A DNA stretch of 64,000 bases from the human T2T-CHM13v2.0 reference genome, Homo sapiens: NCBI RefSeq assembly GCF_009914755.1, contig NC_060931.1. One strand, written 5' to 3'. The translations under genes and the position numbers were made by a program. This document shows positions 58,880 to 64,000 of this stretch, piece after piece. Position 1 is the first letter of the stretch. Every line of letters starts with the position of its first letter. The notes beneath the pieces are model-generated. The model was not told the DNA's origin and made no database searches. It was given only the letters and a program-made list of their open reading frames with translations.

Positions 58880-59800
58880 CAGCTAGCGGGGGCTGGACTG
58901 GGTCCCTGCGGCCAGGCTTCCAAGTCGAGCTGCCGTTTGGGTGGGACCAGAAGACGGGCTAGTCTGCGCCCCAGGATCCCTCCCTGAGGACAAACAGAAG
59001 GCCGGGTCCTCCCTTCTCCCGCTTGTCCTTCGGCATTCGCGGGACCTGCATGCTAGACCAGCTGGCCGGACAGCTCGCTAGGACCCGCGGGTGCGGCTGG
59101 CCCCTGCCATTTCCGCTTCCTGCCGTGGGGCGGGGTTTCCGGTTGTCGGAGGCGAGGCTTGTCGGCTGTCAAAGGGGCGGCCCGGCCCGGCCCGGAAGCT
59201 ACAGCAGCGGCGCGGAGACTGCGGGGCGGGCCATGGCGGCGAACCTGAGCCGGAACGGGCCAGCGCTGCAAGAGGCCTACGTGCGGGTGGTCACCGAGAA
59301 GTCCCCGACCGACTGGTGGGCGGCGAGACGGGCCAGGGTCGGGCCAGGGGCTGCCTCAGGGGTGGGTCTGTCTGGGGCGAGCGGGGGACTCGGGGGGAGC
59401 GGGAGCGCGAGCGCGGAGCGGTGCCCAGGCAGGTGGCCTGGGGCTTACCTGTCTGCCCCTCCACACCGCAGCAGGAGTGCTGTCTCACCCTCGTGACCCC
59501 TTGCCCCGCCGATCGTGGACAGGTTAAACCCGGCTTGGGGGGACCCAGTGAGTCCCCGCCCCTCCCCCTGTCGCTCGCCACCCACTGTGGGCTTCGCGGG
59601 CTTCCATGTTGGATCCTCGGCCTGGTCGTGCTTGCTAGCTTCGCCAGGTTCTTCTTTCCAGTCCTGGGACTTCCCTGGAGAAGGGGTTCCTGCACAGCCC
59701 TCTCTGAGAAGGCGGAAGCCACGCCCGGTTTTTTTGCGAACGCTGTGTTCGGGGATGGGCATTTGAGAGCGGCCTGGCAGCCGGGCTGTGAATGTGAGCC
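58880..59800 (+). promoter_or_regulatory. DBNL: DBNL CpG-island promoter
   Basis: CpG-dense; GC boxes GGGGCGG(G); ETS motifs TTCCGC, TTCCTG, TTCCGG and CCGGAAG at 59110-59200. Confidence 0.85.
59233..59315 (+). CDS. DBNL: Drebrin-like protein (mAbp1/HIP-55/SH3P7), coding exon 1 (start of ADF-H domain); intron 1 runs to the window end
   Basis: GCCATGG Kozak context; MAANLSRNGPALQEAYVRVVTEKSPTDW; donor TG|GTGGGC. Confidence 0.93.
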
Positions 59801-62464
59801 CTGCCCTGGGGGCTTCAGACGAGGAGCTCAGGGATCTGGGTTCTTGGCTGTCTGTGAACGTGGACTTCAGAACTTTCGTTTCTCCAAAAAGTGTACTCTT
59901 TCTTGTGCCTGAGCCATGGGAAGATGTACGAAAGTAGGATGCTCGCTATCTATTTGGGAAAAGGTCCCATTTTCCCTCTACCACCCAAGATATCCTCACT
60001 TTCCTCTTTGCTTAAATTGTTTTTACTGACCAGTTTTGAGAAATCCCAGTTCTGAGAAATATGCTGAGTATGGTGGGCTAAGGTGACCAACTTTGGGGAA
60101 TAGAAACTGGGCCTTGGAGTCTGAGTCGTGGTGGGGCCACACTGTGGTCAGCACTGAGGCCCTCCCAACTGTCTTCCCCTTGTGTGGGGGCCATCTCCAC
60201 TTGTGTAAGTGCTTTCTCATCTCCTCTGCTCTCCGTAGTGCCCAGCACAGAGCGGCTTTTATGCAGTGTACTATTGTGACCCTGAGGATGTTATGGCTTT
60301 GCTTTTTCCTCAGCCCTGGGCCATTAGGGGAAGAGCTTTAGAACACCAGTTGCTTGGTTCTATGGGGTCTCTGTAGACTCTCCTGTCAGGTCTGAGTGCC
60401 CTGGATGGCACTTATGCCAAACAGCACATCCTCTGTTTTGGAGGCATCTAAAGAAGGATATCTCGTCATTTCCTTGGTGGGGTTTTCTGCCTGCTTTATA
60501 ATCCCTCAGATTTACCCACGTCAGTCAGTGTTATTTTTCTCAGGAGAGTTTCTAGATGTCAGCCCTCTGTTTTGCCTCTCTCCTATTCCTGTTCGTGTTT
60601 CTCTTAGACCTCTCCTGTTACTTCAAACCCAGTCAAAAGTATCTCTGCAATGAGTGCCCCATTTTCATGTCCACATCATACCACTTGGCTTTAGAACCCA
60701 GAAGAATCTTTGCCCCTCTTCAGCCCTGCCAAATTAAAGATTTTGCTTCTTAACATGCTCTTGATCACTCTGTTTACCCTGGCAGACTTACCTAGGAGCT
60801 TCCTGGCACTCCTCATCTATCTCCCTTCCAGGTCTCTCTTCATCATCAGTCTTCTCAGGAACCATCACTGGTTTGGGATGATGCCTCCCAGCCCACCTGG
60901 CAGTTTGGGCTTCCCTCTTCAGACCTCCTATGTTCCTAGCCTTTCCTTGGGCTGCTTACGAGAGCTGTCTGCTACCACTCCTGGCCCGGTGCTTACCCAC
61001 CCCATCTACTCTCTGTCCCTCATGAGGGTTGTGGAGCCTCCTCTTTCCCCTCATGAAGTCAGAACCCACCCATCTCACTGGACTCATCTGCCCAGACAGC
61101 CATGCTATGCTCCCTCCCTACCTCCAGGCTCCTGCAGCACTACAGGTTGTGTCACTCAGCAGCATAACCCACTGACCTCCACCCTCATCGTCACAGCCAT
61201 TAAGGTAGTTACTCAGCAGATACTATGTGGCAGATTCCTGCACACTGCGGAAAAATATCTGGACCATGTCACTTCCGTGTCTGTAACTCTACAGTGGCTT
61301 CCTGTTGCATGTTGAATAAAGCCTAGACTCCTTGCCCTGCTGATGCCCTGCATGACCCAGAACCTACCACCCCTTTCATTTACCACACTGTGGCCACACC
61401 TGTTTGTCACCACTCTGGCCGTCTTTCTCTTCCTCAAACTTACAAGCTGGTTCCTCTTCAGAGTCCTTGCTCTGCTGCTTCCTCTGCATGGAGCACACTT
61501 TTTCCACATCGTCCCAGGTGGCTCCCCAGCCTTCACTTCTTGGCCCCGAGGTTGCCTTCTCAGAGAGGCCTTCCTTGATTCCTAGCTCCTTGTTTGTAGG
61601 CACTTTTTCCCATCTTTCTGTTTGACTTCCTTCAGACACATGCCAGACACAAAATATGCTGGAAATCCTTATGGATTTTCTTGTCACCTTTATCTCTTAC
61701 TAGAAGGGGTGGGGTGGGCTCTGTCTCTGTCCTCGGTGCTTGAGGCACGGTTGTTACATGTGGCAGATGCTTAGATGAAGGATAGACCAAGTCATACAGA
61801 AAAAGTGGTAGAGATATCAGAGGAAGAAGAGGTGGTCTCTAGTTTGGTGGGTCATAAGAGGTTTCACACACACAGTGCTGGCATTGGGGAGGGCAGATAG
61901 AGTGGGGAGCAACCATGACATCAGCTCTCCATCTTGGATCTGTCTCCCGCCCCTGCTTACTCCGTATCTTGGCATGGTTTGTTCTCACCTGGTTCATGTG
62001 TCACCTTCAGCACCTGCTTCACTCTCTAATAGTACGTTAGTGTTAGGTGTGTGTTTTTTCTTCCGTTAGAAAGTAAGTTCCATGGGCAGGACCTTTTAGG
62101 GATTGTTCATAGCTGCATTCCTGTAACTAGTAAGCAGTAGGCTCTCAGTACTTATTTTCAAAGGCATTATTGAATTATAAGATGCTTGACACTCCATATG
62201 CCTTGCTGTTCAGAGGCCAGTGCACCATGTTTTTTCATGTTGATTTGAAACTTCCTTCGCCCTTCTTTCAAAAGGCCTCTGAACTGGGAATGAGCCTCTG
62301 CGCTGGGAACATTCTTAAAGGTGGCCTGGGGTAGAGAGGGATCAAGTCAGAGGGATAGGTGGCAGGCATTGAGCTTGGCTCTTATTATATTAGCTGCTGA
62401 GTCCCTTTTTTTTTTTTTTTTTTTTTGAGACAAGAGTCTTGCTCTGTCGCCCAGGCTGGAGTGA

Positions 62465-62587
<123 letters not shown>

Positions 62588-63315
62588 TAGTAGAGACGGG
62601 GTTTCCCATGTTGGCCAGGCTGGTCTCAAACTTCTAACCTCAGGTGATCCACCCGCCTTGGCCTCCCAAAGTGCTGGGATTACCGGCATGAGCCATCGCA
62701 GCTGGTTGAGTCCCTTCTTGCAAGAGCTGGGTTGAGCTGCCATCTTCTGTTACCTGCTGCTTGTGCCAGCTTGCTATCTTCTGGGAGCCAGGGCTTTGTG
62801 GCCATCAAGAGGAATGGGCTTCTTTCCTCCAGGGAGTTCCCCCCAGCTCATGCTGGCAGTGTGCCACCTCCCAAATCTTTCTCTTGTTTTTCTGTGTTCT
62901 TTTCTCTAGTTCCTTTTCTCTGAGTGTTTCTCATTCAGTGTTTCTCTCCTGTATTCTGTCTCCCCTCCTGGTAAGGAGTGCCTTTTCCCGGAGGCCTGTC
63001 TCCTCCCTACCAACCAGATCCACTGGGCCTGGGTCTAATTTCTTCCATTTTTCTGAGGCATAAGTATCTCTGCCCAGTGGCACTGGCAAAGCCCTGGGGA
63101 AGCCAAGTTGAAGCTGATTTGGTTCCTGTCCGACTGTTTATCCCTGGAGCTTCTGTCTGGCCTGCCTCAGCAGGCCTGTGCTTTAGAGCCTGGGGAGATG
63201 ACACACACTGGACTGGGTTTTGCCTTTGACTTATAGTCCAGTGGGTCAGTGCCTCCAGCCCATGTCCAGCAGCCCTGCTGGGGATGTTGAGTTGCTGCAA
63301 GGTTCATGCTATTAG

Positions 63316-63666
<351 letters not shown>

Positions 63667-64000
63667 TGAGATGGAGTCTCACTCTGTTGCCCAGGCTGGA
63701 GTGCAGTGGCGCGATCTTGGCTCACTGCAAGCCCCGCCTCCCGGGTTCATGCCATTCTCCTGCCTCAACCTCCTGAGTAGCTGGGACTACAGGTGCCTGC
63801 TGCCACGCCCAGCTGATTTTTTGTATTTTTAGTAGAGATGGGATTTCACCGTGTTAGCCAGAATGGTCTCGATCTCCTGACCTCGTGATCCACATCTGCC
63901 CGCCTCGGCCTCCCAGAGTGCTGGGATTACAGGCGTGAGCCACTGCGCCCAGCCCAAAGTTCTTATGAATAATTAATCTTTCAGGAAAAGAAAGCCATGG

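Noticed and set aside
59091-59912. 273-aa ORF over the DBNL promoter and intron 1
   Set aside because: Non-ATG start, out of frame with DBNL, CpG-island artefact.
60710-61690. 201-aa and other ORFs in DBNL intron 1
   Set aside because: Sequence resembles degraded L2/MIR-type repeats; no DBNL exon 2 peptide is visible in the window.

Overview
Human (primate) genomic DNA, very Alu-dense and eukaryotic; there are no prokaryotic systems, CRISPR arrays, rRNA or tRNA genes. The gene content matches what I recall of the chromosome 7p13 copy of the chromosome-7 RASA4-POLR2J-SPDYE-UPK3BL segmental duplication next to DBNL. Minus strand, right to left: (1) a 5'-truncated RASA4/CAPRI copy (RASA4CP-like), 11 exons at 56266-43702, reading frame still open; (2) a POLR2J/RPB11 copy (POLR2J4-like) whose ATG has become GTG and whose last exon comes from an MST LTR; (3) a UPK3BL (uroplakin-3B-like) copy with a +1 frameshift in exon 1. 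Plus strand: an intact SPDYE1 (Speedy/RINGO E, 376 aa from 7 coding exons, 14337-22151), nested antisense inside the predicted POLR2J-UPK3BL read-through intron, and the promoter and exon 1 of DBNL (59233-59315). Most notable observations: a base-level duplication breakpoint near 56261-56266 joining an ERV1 LTR to the RASA4 arginine-finger exon through microhomology; three 'pseudogenes' that are each one lesion from coding; a dual-frame LTR exon linking RPB11 to uroplakin; and a hidden partial duplicate of the RASA4 BTK-motif exon. Exon boundaries were read manually from GT/AG sites and checked for codon phase. Gene names, repeat family names and reference protein comparisons are from memory, not from database searches. 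I found no convincing wholly new biological system.
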